Of a stretch of DNA of 64,000 nucleotides, positions 1 through 12,328 are shown in pieces. The notes beneath the pieces were generated by a model. The model saw nothing but the letters and a program-made list of their open reading frames with translations, had not been told where the DNA came from and ran no database searches. The position numbers and the translations under genes are program-made. This DNA is from Selaginella moellendorffii (lineage: Eukaryota > Plantae > Lycopodiophyta), in assembly GCF_000143415.4 (NCBI RefSeq), contig NW_003314301.1:65757-129756 (forward strand), given 5' to 3'. Within the stretch, counting starts at the first letter, position 1. Every line of letters begins with the position of its first letter.

Positions 1-786
1 GATTTTCTCCGTTCTCAACACTGGCATCTCCCTCTAGTATTATAACTGTGTCTGTGTTTAGGAAGTTCTTCCCATCCAACATCGCGAATCCTTTCTACAC
101 ATACAACGATTTCATTGCGGCAACAAAATACTATCCCACGTTTGGAAGCACAGGGAGTCTTGATGTTCAAAAGAGGGAACTGGCGGCCTACTTTGCAAAT
201 GTGAAGCAGGAGACTGGAAGTAAACTCGGATAGCATTTATCCATTAATCTCACTAATGTCTTGAAGTTTGTATATGGTTGCTTGGCTGTAGCACTGCAAT
301 ACATTCGAGAGATCAACCGAAACAACGTCTATTGTGACACTAGTCGTGGGATCCCATGTCCTGCAGGTACAAAGGCTTACTATGGAAGAGGACCTTTGCA
401 GCTCACCTGGTAAGCTGAAAATGTTATATTCAAAATTTAAAGTGTATATATACAGGAATTACAATTACAATGCTGCTGGAAAGGCTTTCAACATGAACCT
501 CCTCCAAAATCCAGACCAGGTTGCTCAGAATGGCGTCCTTTCGTGGAGGTCATCATTGTGGTTTTGGATGCAAAATTCGAATTGCCACGCCGCAATAACA
601 CAGAACCAAGGATTTGGAGCTACAATTCGAGCCATCAATGGAGGGGAGTGTGGCAAGGGCCGTGAGACACAACCCGCACAGAACCGTATCAATTATTACA
701 AGAAATTTTGCTCACAGTTGGGTGTTTCACCAGGTGGGAACCTTGGCTGTGCTAAACAAATGATTTTTAAAGTAACTAGCTACTAA
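1..786 (+). CDS. GH19 chitinase, loopless type (5' end outside window; two short introns)
   Basis: Spliced translation gives KRELAAYFANVKQETG..LQYIREIN..YCD..YYGRGPLQLTWNYNY..NPDQVA..SLWFW..GFGATIRAINGGEC..RINYYKKFCSQLGVSPGGNLGC, all GH19 hallmark motifs. Confidence 0.92.
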
Positions 787-1592
787 GTAATGTATTATTA
801 AAAACAAATAATTAATCTGGAAATTAGAGATCTTGGATTAGTTTCTAGAAATCTTTACAGTAGCAAGAAGTACTAGAGGAGAATGGTGGAAAGTCATGTA
901 TAAGAAAGCCGAGAACAATATCTTGCCTATCAGTCTACTTATAAAATGGGTAAAGTTGTAAGATGATGGATATCTAAAACAATTTAGTATCTAAAAAGCA
1001 TTGCTGATATTACTGCATGAGACATGACGCCTCGGCCACTTCCTCCTCGCAGACAACCCTAGCCAAGTCTACTCACATTCTTCTCGTTCGTTTTAAACAG
1101 AAATTCTAAGGACTTGCTTTGTTGCTACCATCGGTTCCATCCCACTCTCGAAGCCAATCGAGGTATCCAGTGTGATAAATTAACCTGGGGGAGGGGATTG
1201 TCGTTAAACAACGACTTGAAATAGCTAAGCAAAATACTGCCTCAGTTTAGCTTACTTTAGTGCAGATAATACGGCCCAAAAGCAAAATACTGTCTCAGTC
1301 ATTCCGTAGAGATGTGCTTATAATATTAGCTTGTTTTAGTGCACATAATACGGCCCATTGAATTTTAAAATAGACGCCTTCAAAGTTTGGTCACTTGTAT
1401 TACAAGCAAACACAAAGAGATCTTCATAGCGTGCTTCGACCAAGCTAATATCTACACGGCATTTGAAGACTATAAAGTCAATATAAATCGCAATGCACTC
1501 AAGACTATAAAAACTACAAGACTATGGCCGTTTTATATTCCATTCCAAAATTCCATTCCACAAACGAGTTCTCATACTATCGTTTAAGTACC

Positions 1593-2205
1593 ATGGCATT
1601 AGTCATGATAATGTTTACGCTATGCCTCCTCCCTCTAACATTGTAACTGAGTCTGTGTTTAGGACCTTGCGAATCCTTTCTAAACATTCAATGATTTCAT
1701 TGCGGCAACAAAATACTATCCCACGTTTGGAAGCTCGGGGAGTCTTGATGTTCAAAAGAGGGAACTGGCTGCCTACTTTGCAAATGTGAAGCAGGAAACT
1801 GGAAGTAAAATTGCATAGCATTTATCCATTAATCTCATACTACGGAAGAGGGCCTTTGCAGCTCACCTGGTAAGTTGGAAATGTTATATTTAAAATTTAA
1901 AGAGTATATATATACATGAATTACAATTACGATGCTTCTGGAAAGGCTTTCAACATGAACCTCCTCCAAAATCTAGACCAGGTTGCTCAGAATGGCGTCC
2001 TTTTGTGGAGGTCATCAGTGTGGTTTTGGATGCAAAATTCAAATTGCCACACCGCAATAAACAGAACCAAGGATTTGGAGCTGCAATTCGAACCACCAAT
2101 GGAGGTCAGGAGTGTGGCAAGGGCAGTGAGACACACGCACAGAACCGTATCAATTATTACAAGGATTTTTGCTCACAGTTGGGTCTTTCACCAGGTTGTG
2201 CTTAA
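1593..2205 (+). pseudogene. Tandem GH19 chitinase pseudogene
   Basis: High identity to 1-786 but most of the middle exon (LQYIREIN..PCP) is deleted, and there are frameshifts (ORFs 1916-2221 and 2005-2205 in different frames). Confidence 0.85.
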
Positions 2206-2641
2206 ACAAATGTCTAATTAGTAATTAATTATAAGTTATAATTCAAGTTTCCCTGCCAGAACATGAAGGACAAGAAGACTTGGCGAGAGAGGGGGATAGA
2301 GCATGTATACCAAAGTGTGGCAATAAAGAGACTTATTTGGAGATGGCTTCGGACGACACTTGGCGGTACGACAGCGCATTGGATCAATTCGGGAAGGCGC
2401 CCCTCCCAGAACTAGTATTGTGTGTCCCATGTGCGGTCAACCGTGGCTGCGATTGTTAGAGGTTCTAGAAGTAGAGAGCAGTGTCGAGTCCACGCTCGTT
2501 GTCTTTCCGTCCTGGTTCTCCATGACAGTTTAATGCTAGGTTCATCTTCGAGTTTTAAGACAACGATCACATCGTTTCTGCAGCTCCAGAAAAGATCAGC
2601 GACATCAAGTCGACATTCTGCTCGCTCAACAATTGATTATC

Positions 2642-3961
2642 ATGGAGCTTTTGTCAATTGCGGCAGTTCTAGTGATTGCTGAGTTATTTGCTCCAGGCTT
2701 GGGTTTCCAGTGTCCAAAAGCCATGTTCTGGTTCGGGGATTCAGGGAATGTTCAAGCAAGAGCTCCGTTTATTAGTGCTGCAGAGTATAAGCCTTATGGC
2801 ATGACTTTCTTCAGTAAGCCATCGAAGAGATACTCGGATGGTCGCTTGGTTGTCGACTTCTTTGGTAATTGTGTGCGTTGATTAAACAGCGTTTGATGTT
2901 ATTCGTGTATGTTTTGCAGCGGAGGCTTTTGAGTATGATAGATTCCTGGATCCCATTTTGCAAAGTATTAACTCGAATTATGCCAACGGGGTGAATTTTG
3001 CGGTTTCTGGAGCGACTGCCTTGAACACCAGCTTCGAAGTCCCACTGTACCTTCCGGTTCAGATTGACCAGTTTCTGAGGTTCAAGCAGGATGCTTACGA
3101 CAGCGGACATGGTAAAGGTAATGATTCTTCTCAGACTTTGCAAAGGTAGTGTCATTCATAGTTTCCTCTGTAGGGATGCAAAAGCTAGTTCCTTATTATC
3201 ATCATCTAAAGACTGCTCTGTATGCGGTTGTCATAAGTACTAACGACCTTCTCAATTCCTACTTGTTGGAGCATAGAAGCCCTGAGAATGTAACAGCTGA
3301 GGTTGTTCCATACGTTGTGAGAGCCATCTCTCACGCATTACAGGTACACAAATTTGCATTCAGTCTTGAAGTTGTTCTAAAGCCTTTAATAGAGTCTCCA
3401 TGGCGCACAAAACTTGTTGGTCTTCAGCACGTTCCCTCACGGCTGCATGCCGATATTGCTGAGCATATCCCGGAAGCGTTCAACAAGCAGTTGTATGATG
3501 AAATCCAAGTCTTGCAAAAGAACAGGACGGGATTTCATCTTCTTTATGCAGATGCTTACAAATTCACTTTGGATGTCCTGGATAAACCGCTAGTTTATGG
3601 TGAGATCTTGTGTTGTTATTGTAATTACCAAGATTGGAAGTTTGGGCAACCGTTTGTAGGAAACAAAAACATTTATGTCTTTCCAGGATCCCAAAACAAG
3701 ACTAAACTATCAGCATGTTGCGAGAGTGGAGGGGAATATAACTTTGACGTTACTCAGCCATGCGGACTAGTTATCCAGCCAAACGGTACCACTTTGAAGC
3801 CTTCGGAGTACGTCAGCTGGGATGGCGTTCACTTTACCGAGTCGTTCTATCGGCAGTTGTCAAAGGCATTGCTCACAGGTCGATACATTTATCCATCTCT
3901 GAACATTACGCAGATTTGCAACTTCACTTCCAATAGGAAAGTGCGGAGAGAGCCCGAATGA
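2642..3961 (+). pseudogene. GDSL/SGNH esterase-lipase, degenerate left copy
   Basis: Signal peptide, FWFGDS, RYSDGRLVVDF, GVNFAVSGAT, STND, WDGVHFTE. Block I reads FGDSGN (the usual xxDT is missing), and the GKYMPKDSRGCLLPFNQVA segment of the right copy is deleted with a frameshift. Confidence 0.75.
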
Positions 3962-4045
3962 CAGAAGTTCATTTGCTGCAACAGAGTACTCAAATCTTTC
4001 TTCTTAATAGCTTAATTGAAGAAGTACATATATGCCTTTTGAATA

Positions 4046-5324
4046 TCAAATCAAAATATCACGAGCAAATGACAGTGTTAATTTAACTTAATTTTAGTAT
4101 GTCTTCGACATTTGCAGTAATGAAACTCTATGGAACGTTCCATAACAGAGTTTCATTACTGCAAAATGTCGAAAACATACTAAAATTAAGACTGAGATGC
4201 ATAAGATAAACTAACCTCTGGGGCTCCTCGAATTCCTATAATTGTGGTGATTATGTTATATATCTCCACATTAGGAAACGAGGCCACTTTTCGTCTCGGA
4301 AATCTTGGGCCATGAGCAAAGAAAACAGAGAGTACGCATTGTCATAACCATGAAAACCTCCATAGCTACTATTTGTTGATCTCCCAAGCTTCACAGTATA
4401 GCTTTCTGATGCCATCCCAATGATAGGTTGACCAAACTTCCCATGTGAGAAATGTAGCCTTTCTGGCAAATATTCCTTGAGGAAAACCTTGAGGAACTGT
4501 CCATTATTCACCTTTTCTGACTGCAATCCTTCGTTCATCTTCTTCACAATGTGCTTTGCATCAAAACCTGGTCAAAAGCTTAGTCAATAAGAGTCAAAAT
4601 AAAGTTATCACATAAATTACCTCTTGGAGGTCTCAATGCAACTACTGCTCCAACCCCTGATCCATGGAGCCAAATCCTCGAGAATCACCTTACTCTCGCA
4701 GCTCATTACCCTTCCATGGTCACTAACAATGATAATATGAACATCATTGAGTCTCTTGCGAGTCTGGTCCCGAGGCATGCCCTGCATGATCCGGATTGTC
4801 AAAGTAAACAGCAATGAAGCTTGGACTGGCATGTCCACAAACTTTAGAATGGAGTCAATGCGGTCCTCAAAGGCAAGAGATGAGTTTGCAAGGCGAGCAC
4901 AGTACTCTTGAGGGCAAGTCCAGTGGCCTCTTACAACTTCACTCCCCGGCCATAGATAAGTTCCAGCCCTGAGTCCATTCCTGACTACCGTTTCCCAAAG
5001 AGGCTCTCCGTGCCACCACCTTGGATCCGCCCACGAGACGTTAAACCTTGTCCACGAAACTATTGGCAATAATTCCGTGCCATGCAGGATTCAAACCTGT
5101 TTAAATTAATTGATTTACTACTGTGGGAAACACTGGAATCATACGTGGAAAAGCTTCCACACCATTCTCCTTGATGAAGTCAATGTTGGGAGTGGACGTT
5201 TTAAACTGGTAACCCCATTTTAATCCATCAACAGATATGAGAATGACCACAGGCTTCTTGTTCATGCCGGCAGCCACCAGTTCCACAGAAACATGCAAAC
5301 TAACGTCAACAAAGCGATCCTCAT
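4046..5324 (-). pseudogene. Nucleotide pyrophosphatase/phosphodiesterase (NPP) pseudogene, left copy
   Basis: Reverse-complement copy of 25507-26856. The catalytic TMPNH segment is deleted, with several other deletions/frameshifts and a ~140-bp insertion at 4080-4219. Confidence 0.88.
4087..4190. repeat. ~104-bp near-perfect loopless palindrome (foldback/MITE-like insertion)
   Basis: cttaattttagtatgtcttcgacatttgcagtaatgaaactctatggaac|gttccataacagagtttcattactgcaaaatgtcgaaaacatactaaaattaag; absent from the paralogous NPP copy. Confidence 0.9.
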
Positions 5325-5406
5325 ATCTCGATCAACATAAGGTCTAGAAAGGTGATTAGTTTATATGGTCGCTTTGATGTATGGTACGCATCAGGCATCC
5401 CGACTT

Positions 5407-6016
5407 TGGAGGCCATTTTTTCTCGTCGTGATTACCTTAAGTTTTGTATGAGGACCCTCTCCAGGATTATTGCGTACACAACGTGAACAGCACCACCAAC
5501 GTGAATGATTTCCCTTGCAAGGCCCCCAGCACAGTCACCGCCAGTGATTTCCTGTTCCAGGGGCTCCGCAATCCGGGCAACACCAACAACAAGCTCGGGT
5601 CGATCGTCACACCTGCGAGCGTGAGCGTCTGGCCGGGAATCAACACTCTTGTCATCTCTTTGCAAGGATTGACATCGCTCCATATGGTGTCTATCCATCC
5701 CAGAGCAACCGAGATCCTCTATCTCCAACAGGGAACCCTCTACTTGGGATTCATCACCAGCAATAACTATAGGTTCTTTGAGCAAACTTTGCAACCTGGT
5801 GATATCTTTGTCTTTCCCAAGGCTCTGATACACTTTCAACTCAATACTGGGAACACCCCGGTTGTTCCTATTGCTGGGTTGAGCTCTCAGATCCCGGGAA
5901 TCCCCCAGGTTCCAAGGGCGATAATTGCTTCCAGTCCTGGCATTGCTGATGAAGTGCTCAAGAAGGCCTTCCAAGATCTTCTCAAGGGTCTCAGAAATGC
6001 TATTCAACAGACTTAA
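5407..6016 (+). pseudogene. Germin-like (cupin) gene, probably pseudogenised
   Basis: DPLQDYCV, HPRATE, GDIFVFPKALIHFQLN. No clear ATG; FARIDIAPYGVYP lies in another frame between two compensating frameshifts, and the first His of the PHxHPRATE box is lost. Confidence 0.75.
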
Positions 6017-8433
6017 GTTAGATTTTTCCTTCTTTAATCTTCAAACATTTGCAAGTGGTAATCTAAGGGAAATAACTGATAGCCTCCGCATTCCTATGGT
6101 TGACTCATCGTTGAATCTGACTTTCGATGACTAGCTTCCTTCTCCAACGTTTAACATGGGCCGTTCAATGTTTCCGCCCCAAGCACAGTTGATTCTCCCT
6201 CGTTCTATTCAAGAATCTGGACTAGGACGTTGACATGAGCGATGACTTTGTGGATAGACGGTGTCACCAAGCCCTCGTCACCCTGGAAGTAGCAACTCGT
6301 GGTACGGAGAATTTCTGTATATGCCATCCTGCCTTCAGACTTCTAGAATTTATCCGTGCTTTACACCATTTCCATTGTGGCTTCTAAAGTGAGCTTTGAT
6401 ATGCAGAAAGTATGTGGGCACCCAGCCGGTGTGGTGATACAGGCTGCTTGCGTTTCGATCTTCTTCTACTCTAGATAGGCCACATATTCAGCCTGAAAAA
6501 GAGACAATCTTATCAGTGAAGTAGTAAGGACGAAGAAAGGTGAACATGACGAGTATACAATGACCTGGTTGTTCGAGTTCCGTGCCCATCGACAACGACA
6601 TGGATCTACTCCCTTGAGTAGTTTAACGCCTTGGGCTCTGGAAAACTAGTGCTCCCAGAGAGATATGCAAAGCTTCATTAAAAGAGGAATCAAACAGGAA
6701 AGCACATTAATGCACCGAAGCTTCGGAGATCCTTCAAGTGATGAGTGAGTCCTTGACTAACACTAACGAGCATTATAGCTGCATTAGAACGTCAGACATG
6801 ACATCCATTCCTTCATACATCTTCGTCCAGTGAGCAGAAAACCTGTCTCTAAATCCCTGTTGCAATGCATGAGAAGATTGCCATGGGCAGAAGCTGCCTG
6901 GACCTTCATCTCGGTTGTTTTTTTTTCCCCCGTGGCTGATAGAGAACTCCTGTAATCGAAAAAGAGCAAATACAAGTTGAATTTCCGCTTTCATTTCCTT
7001 GAGCCCTTGCGTGGCAGGCATCAAACAAGGCCATCCAACGTCACTGGATTAGTTGAAGCAGATATTTACTGCAGCGTGGCAACTGTAAATCAGCATTGAT
7101 CATTGAACCCTGGAGTGTTGTTGATTAACAACTTTCCTGGAGACATTGCACAGAAGGATAGAAGAAACTGCTTGAATTCTGAGCGTGCAGACTCTGGCTC
7201 TCGTCCCAAGACTCCCAAGAAATTGTGGTTTCATAAGTGTGACCTCAAATAGAATAGCAGTTGGTGGAATGTTGGCAATAAATATGTTATTATTGCTTTC
7301 AATTACTTAATTTATTAGGTGAAAGTTTATGTTTTACTAGTGCAATTGTTATTTAATATTTGGTATTCCAACATTCTTGTCTAGAGTGGATTCTCTCAAA
7401 TAATAATATTATGTTTATAGTTGAGGCATTTTATGTTCTAATATGTTGATTAAGAATACGTTACATTTTTGCTATCCATAAATGGATGGTTTAGTACAAT
7501 AGTTTATTTGGACTTTCAATATGATGATTGTGAAGTATGTGAATTTTTAACATTTGTATTGGGATGCTAATTTTTCAATATACATATATGTCACAAGGGT
7601 GTAAAGTTTCATTAATGTTTTAGTATATAAATTCATGTAGTCATAATCTTTTATTGCCAATAAAGTTAATTCAAGTAAAATTTATTGAACATTTAGGCCA
7701 CAATTATCATCATCATCCATTTATATAGTATAAATGGATGACCTAATGTTAATGATTTTACTAGACATAATTTGTTTAAAGGTTTTAGAAGGGGTAAATT
7801 GGATTGCAAATTTATAAAATTTTGCATAACATTCAACATGTTAATCATCCAAAAATTATTCATGTGCAATGAGATCAAAAGTAAATTACATTGCCTCTTT
7901 CTAATGTTTCTCTAAATCCTAACTCATTAACATAGACACAATAACCTTTAACTATTCTAAGATTTTGATTGATTTTAATTCAACCACTCGCTCTTGTATA
8001 TAAATGTCATTCCTATATTCTGTATTTTTAAATTCCAAACACTCACAAAATGATAAATCATGTTTGTATGTCATCATGCAATGCCTAGCATTTTGCTGTT
8101 TCAATGAATGCCAACTATGCCACGTGGCAAAGCCAGATCAAACTCCTAAAGAGTTTTGGATGATCTAAAAACTTATGGAAAGTCCACCTATGACTGAGCA
8201 ACGAGTTTTTCACAGGAGAGCCCAAGAGCTTTGTTGTTTGGCACCAGGAAGCCAAAAATCATTCCTTTTTCTTGGCGATGGTAAGCCGGAGGCTTGCGGT
8301 GACAGCTTCTCAAGATCTTGTGCCGGCTGCGGACGAGATACGAGCGAAGGATACTGAAAACCAAAACAAAATCTGCTTGAAAACAGTGAAACGGTAGCTA
8401 CCTCTACACTAGAAAGCTCGAATCACGCTTACT

Positions 8434-10193
8434 TCAGATCGCAGCCAGTTTCACTAGATGTTTGAACTGGTCCGGAACAAACGACTCCACCTTGAACTCT
8501 TTGGGCTTCTCGCCTCTCTTGGGGTGTGGTGGCATCGGTGAGGAGTGCTTGATGCCAATCAAGGTTGGCATTGCTGCATTTTTTTATTGTTAGAACTTAG
8601 CACCCTCGAAAACTGAATATCACAAACTTACTTTTGTGTACGCGTCCATAAAGGAGCTTCTCGCCTCTCCAGTACTCCAACGGTCTGGACCGGTACCTTG
8701 TGCTGCACCTCCTACCATTTTTCCATTCCATCCCAGATTCTGCTTGAACCGGAGAAATAAGATTGACAGTGATAACAAATGCACCAAAGGTTTGTACCTT
8801 TGAGCCACGGGCTTTGTTCGGCCTCAGCCTTAACTTCGCGCTTACGTTTAACTCTCCTTGTCTCACAAGTTGGAGCACAATCTTCTGTCTCGCAATCAAA
8901 ATCTGAAAAGAACGAAGGAAGAGAATTTGTTTCAACCAAGAAAATAATTGTAGTTGAAGCACCTTTGAGACGAAGTTCCTCTAGGAGCTCATTTGGACTT
9001 TCTGTTGTTGCCATTTTCATAGCCATACTACAATCTTCTGTCTCGCAATCAAAATCTGAAAAGAACGAAGGAAGAGAATTTGTTTCAACCAAGAAAACAA
9101 TTGTAGTTGAAGCACCTTTGAGACGAAGTTCCTCTAGGAGCTCATTTGCAGTTTCTCTTGTTGCCATTTTCATAGCCATACTACAATCTTCTGTCTCGCA
9201 ATCAAAATCTGAAAAGAACGAAGAAAGAGAATTTGTTTCAACCAAGAAAACAATTGTAGTTGAAGCACCTTTGAGACGAAGTTCCTCTAGGAGCTCATTT
9301 GCAGTTTCTGTTGTTGCCATTTTCATAGCCATACTACAATCTTCTGTCTCGCAATCAAAATCTGAAAAGAAAGAATTTGTTTCAACCAAGAAAACAATTG
9401 TAGTTGAAGCACCTTTGAGACGAAGTTCCTCTAGGAGCTCATTTGCAGTTTCTGTTGTTGCCATTTTCATAGCCATACTACAATCTTCTGTCTCGCAAGT
9501 TGGAGCACAAGCTTCTGTCTCGCAAGTTGGAGCACAGTCTTCTGTCTCGCAACTTGGAGTACAATCTTCTGTTGGAGAAAACTCTTCTGTTGGAGCAAAA
9601 TCTACTGTCTCGCAAGTTGGAGCACTTAAGCTCACAGTTTCCGGTACTTGGGGTTTCATAAAAGAAAGGTCCAGTGTGTGTTTGATTCGCCTGAAACTTT
9701 CACTTTTCCCCAATGAAAGAAGAAAAAACAAGACAAACCTCGCACTGTTCTTTGATCGAACCCGCGACAACCGGGACATGAAGCTCGGATTTTCTTCTCT
9801 GCCCTCCTCACGGTCCCAAAACTCGGCGACGTCCATCAATCCACCTTTTGAACAAGAGGGAATCGATGGCATCACTCGCGACTTGTTGGTGGCATTTTTC
9901 TTGGATCGAACCCGCGACAAACGACACACCAGGCTCTGATCTTCATCTTCGACTGTGCAAACCAAGAACCTCAAGAAAAGCTACAGGAGGAAAAAGAAGA
10001 GATAAAAGAAAGTACCTTCGTTACTCTTGGATTGAGAAGGACCGGACTCCCCCATGTCCTCCCAGTCGCAAAATGTAGCAAGATCCTGCTCGCGGAGGAA
10101 CCCCAGCGACGCTGGCATGAGCCGGAAGATATCATTCTCCTCATCCTCATCGTCGTCCTCGCTCAGCGGCATCTCCTGCCGCTCCACGATCAT
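8434..10193 (-). CDS. CENPC: Centromere protein C (CENP-C), multi-exon
   Basis: CENP-C motif GRRCSTRYRSRPLEYWRGEKLLYGRVHK followed by the plant C-terminus MPTLIGIKHSSP..FKVESFVPDQFKHLVKLAAI*; start codon approximate. Confidence 0.9.
8878..9625 (-). repeat. Tandem 153-bp exon+intron repeats (153,153,153,144) plus ~21-bp sub-repeats inside CENP-C
   Basis: Unit starts at 8878, 9031, 9184, 9337, 9481. Each unit is a 93-nt exon plus a 60-nt (once 51-nt) gtgcttc..ttttcag intron. Confidence 0.9.
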
Positions 10194-10394
10194 CCTCCCT
10201 GCCCACAAACCCTAGCCCTCGCAAAAGCAAATTCAAATTAATTGGCCGCCCCAGGAATCGAGCCCGAGACTTTTCCGCGTTATCCACCGTGGACGGCTAG
10301 GATGCGGCTAGCTCTTTCACTGTCAGCTGACACGTCAGCAGCAATGCAGTGTGTGCTTGTTCTTGCTCTTGGCTATTAGGGTTTGTGGCGGGCG

Positions 10395-11943
10395 ATGGAG
10401 GATGTGCTGCCCGCGCTGCTGCTGCAAACAATCCTGGCACGGACGGATGCCGTGGACTGCGCTAGGGTAGCTTGCGTCAATCGGCGATGGCGGGCGCTGG
10501 CGCACGACGACACGCTCTGGTCGCAGCACTGCCGGGACGAGTATGGCGTGTGCGCTGCCGCGGATTTCATGGGCAATCCCTGCTGCAGCTTCAAGGTGAG
10601 CGAGAGAGCGAGAGATTGTAGCATTTTCTAGCGGGCATTCTAGGACAAGAAGTGGATTTAAATCCCACCATTGGTTTTCTCGCAGGAAACTTACGCTGCC
10701 TGGCACGACGAATTCAACCAGTATGGTGGGCTCGTCTATCGGACCAAGAAACTCTGGGATGATTTGAAGGGCGTGCTGCGCTCCAATTACCCCGCAGTGG
10801 CCGATTCTCTCGCCCGCCAGGCCTCGGAGGCGGACATTGTCGCGGCCGAGAGCACGCTGGGCTGGCCTCTGCCTCCTCACGTCCGCCTTCTCTATCGCTT
10901 CTGCGATGGCCAGCAGATCGTGGATGGCGACGAGATCGCTCACCAGTACGTGGGTCTTCTCGGAGGATACTACTTCTACAATCACTTTGTCAACGTCCAG
11001 CTCCTGCCGCTCCAGCAAGTTGTCTCCTACACCCAGCGCCTCCTCTCGCGAGCTCCCGCTGGAACCAAGAGGATCGTCATCGCCGCGTCGTGCAACTTAA
11101 ACAAGTTCTTCCTCCTCGACTGCGACAGTGGGATGGTGCTGGTTGGCACCAAGAACTTCCTCAAGAAGTACGAGGTGATGCCTTGCCTGCCGCTGGCGAG
11201 TAGCAATCCCGGCGATGGCATGCTTCGGTGGCTCGAGGAATACCGGGATGGACTTTTGAGTGGCAAGTATACAGTGCGCAACGACGATGGGATCCGGAGC
11301 ATCAGCCTCTATCCGGAGAATGGGTCCACTTGCACAGAGGCTGTGACACAGGGAATCCAGGTGCGTGCTTAAGGTTCTTTGCGGTCTCTTTGTTGTGACG
11401 TTCTGTGAATTTTTCCAGGTGAGAGCTTCTGCGGTGTTTGTTCCTGAGCTGTCTGATCCAGAGGCTCTAGAGAAGTATCTCTTCAGTTACTCCGTTCGAA
11501 TGCGGTTCCTGCCCGTCAGTGCGTTGGCTTCTAACCAGTGTCAACTTTCGAGGCGCCACTGGGTCGTGACCGCCGACGATGAAATCGTCGATGAAGTGCG
11601 TGCTGAGGCTGTGGTTGGCATGGTAAGCTCTAGGATCTCGTAGCAAAACAGGACTTTTTTATGTGAGCTTACCCTTGCTTCTTCCAGTATCCGCTTCTCA
11701 AGCTCGGTGGCGACGCCTTCGTTTACGAGAGCTGTAGCACGCAGAACACGCTGTCCGGATCGCTGGAGGGCGATTTCACGTTCGTGCCTGGATGGTATGT
11801 TGGTTTCTCTCTTTTGGTTTAGCTCGCTAAAGAATTTGCTCTCTCTCTCTCTCTCTCTTGGCAGCCTTAGCAGGCAAGAAGGTCCAGAGTTTTGCGTGAG
11901 AGTGGCACCTTTCCCTATGCAAGTTCCTCGGTACATATTCTAA
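10395..11943 (+). CDS. SKIP16: F-box protein with SMI1/KNR4 and ApaG domains (SKIP16-like)
   Basis: F-box (DCARVACVNRRWRALAHDDTLW), AESTLGWPLPPHVRLLYRFCDGQ, ApaG motifs TQGIQVRA..YSVRM..CQLSRRHWVV..AEAVVGMYP. Confidence 0.88.
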
Positions 11944-12328
11944 GCGCGCACGAATTGGATTTATGGTTTGTGTTGTAAATACTCTGGAAATTTTTCTTCT
12001 TTTTTCTCCTGTGCTGTGCTAAGTTATACCTCTAAGCTCTGGTGCTCCTGTATGTAACTCTAGCGTGGAAGAAGAAAGAACATTCATACAGTTATAAAAC
12101 AAGCCTTGTGTGGAAGTGCTCTCGTCCAATCAGATGGTGTCCATTTGGCACCTCTCCCAGATTGGCAGCAAAGCCGCCACGCGTCACGAATATTCCTCCG
12201 GCAGGCTCTATCCGTCAGCTTGACGGGCGGGCATATTCCGTCAGAGGAGAATATTCTTTCCCCTTGGCACTAGGCTTTTCTCTTCTCTCTCTCTCTCTCT
12301 CTCTCTGCCCGCGGCGAAAGAAGAAGCT

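Larger units (their letters stand above)
2538..7190. repeat. Left arm of large inverted segmental duplication (partner ~22405-28406)
   Basis: Continuous reverse-complement similarity through GDSL, NPP, germin and an unidentified spliced remnant; e.g. 2538 aggttcatcttcgag matches 28392-28406, and 7110-7190 matches 22405-22476. Confidence 0.9.

Noticed and set aside
1220-1360. Short duplicated motifs upstream of the chitinase pseudogene
   Set aside because: Ordinary local tandem duplication with no assignable function
7260-8100. AT-rich block, possible transposon remnant
   Set aside because: No termini or transposase motif that I can support
8878-9500. Regularly spaced repeats resembling a CRISPR array
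   Set aside because: Whole units are near-identical (no unique spacers), the context is eukaryotic and there are no cas genes
8779-9939. 386-aa plus-strand repetitive ORF
   Set aside because: Antisense shadow of the CENP-C repeat array; splice signals and the CENP-C motif are on the minus strand
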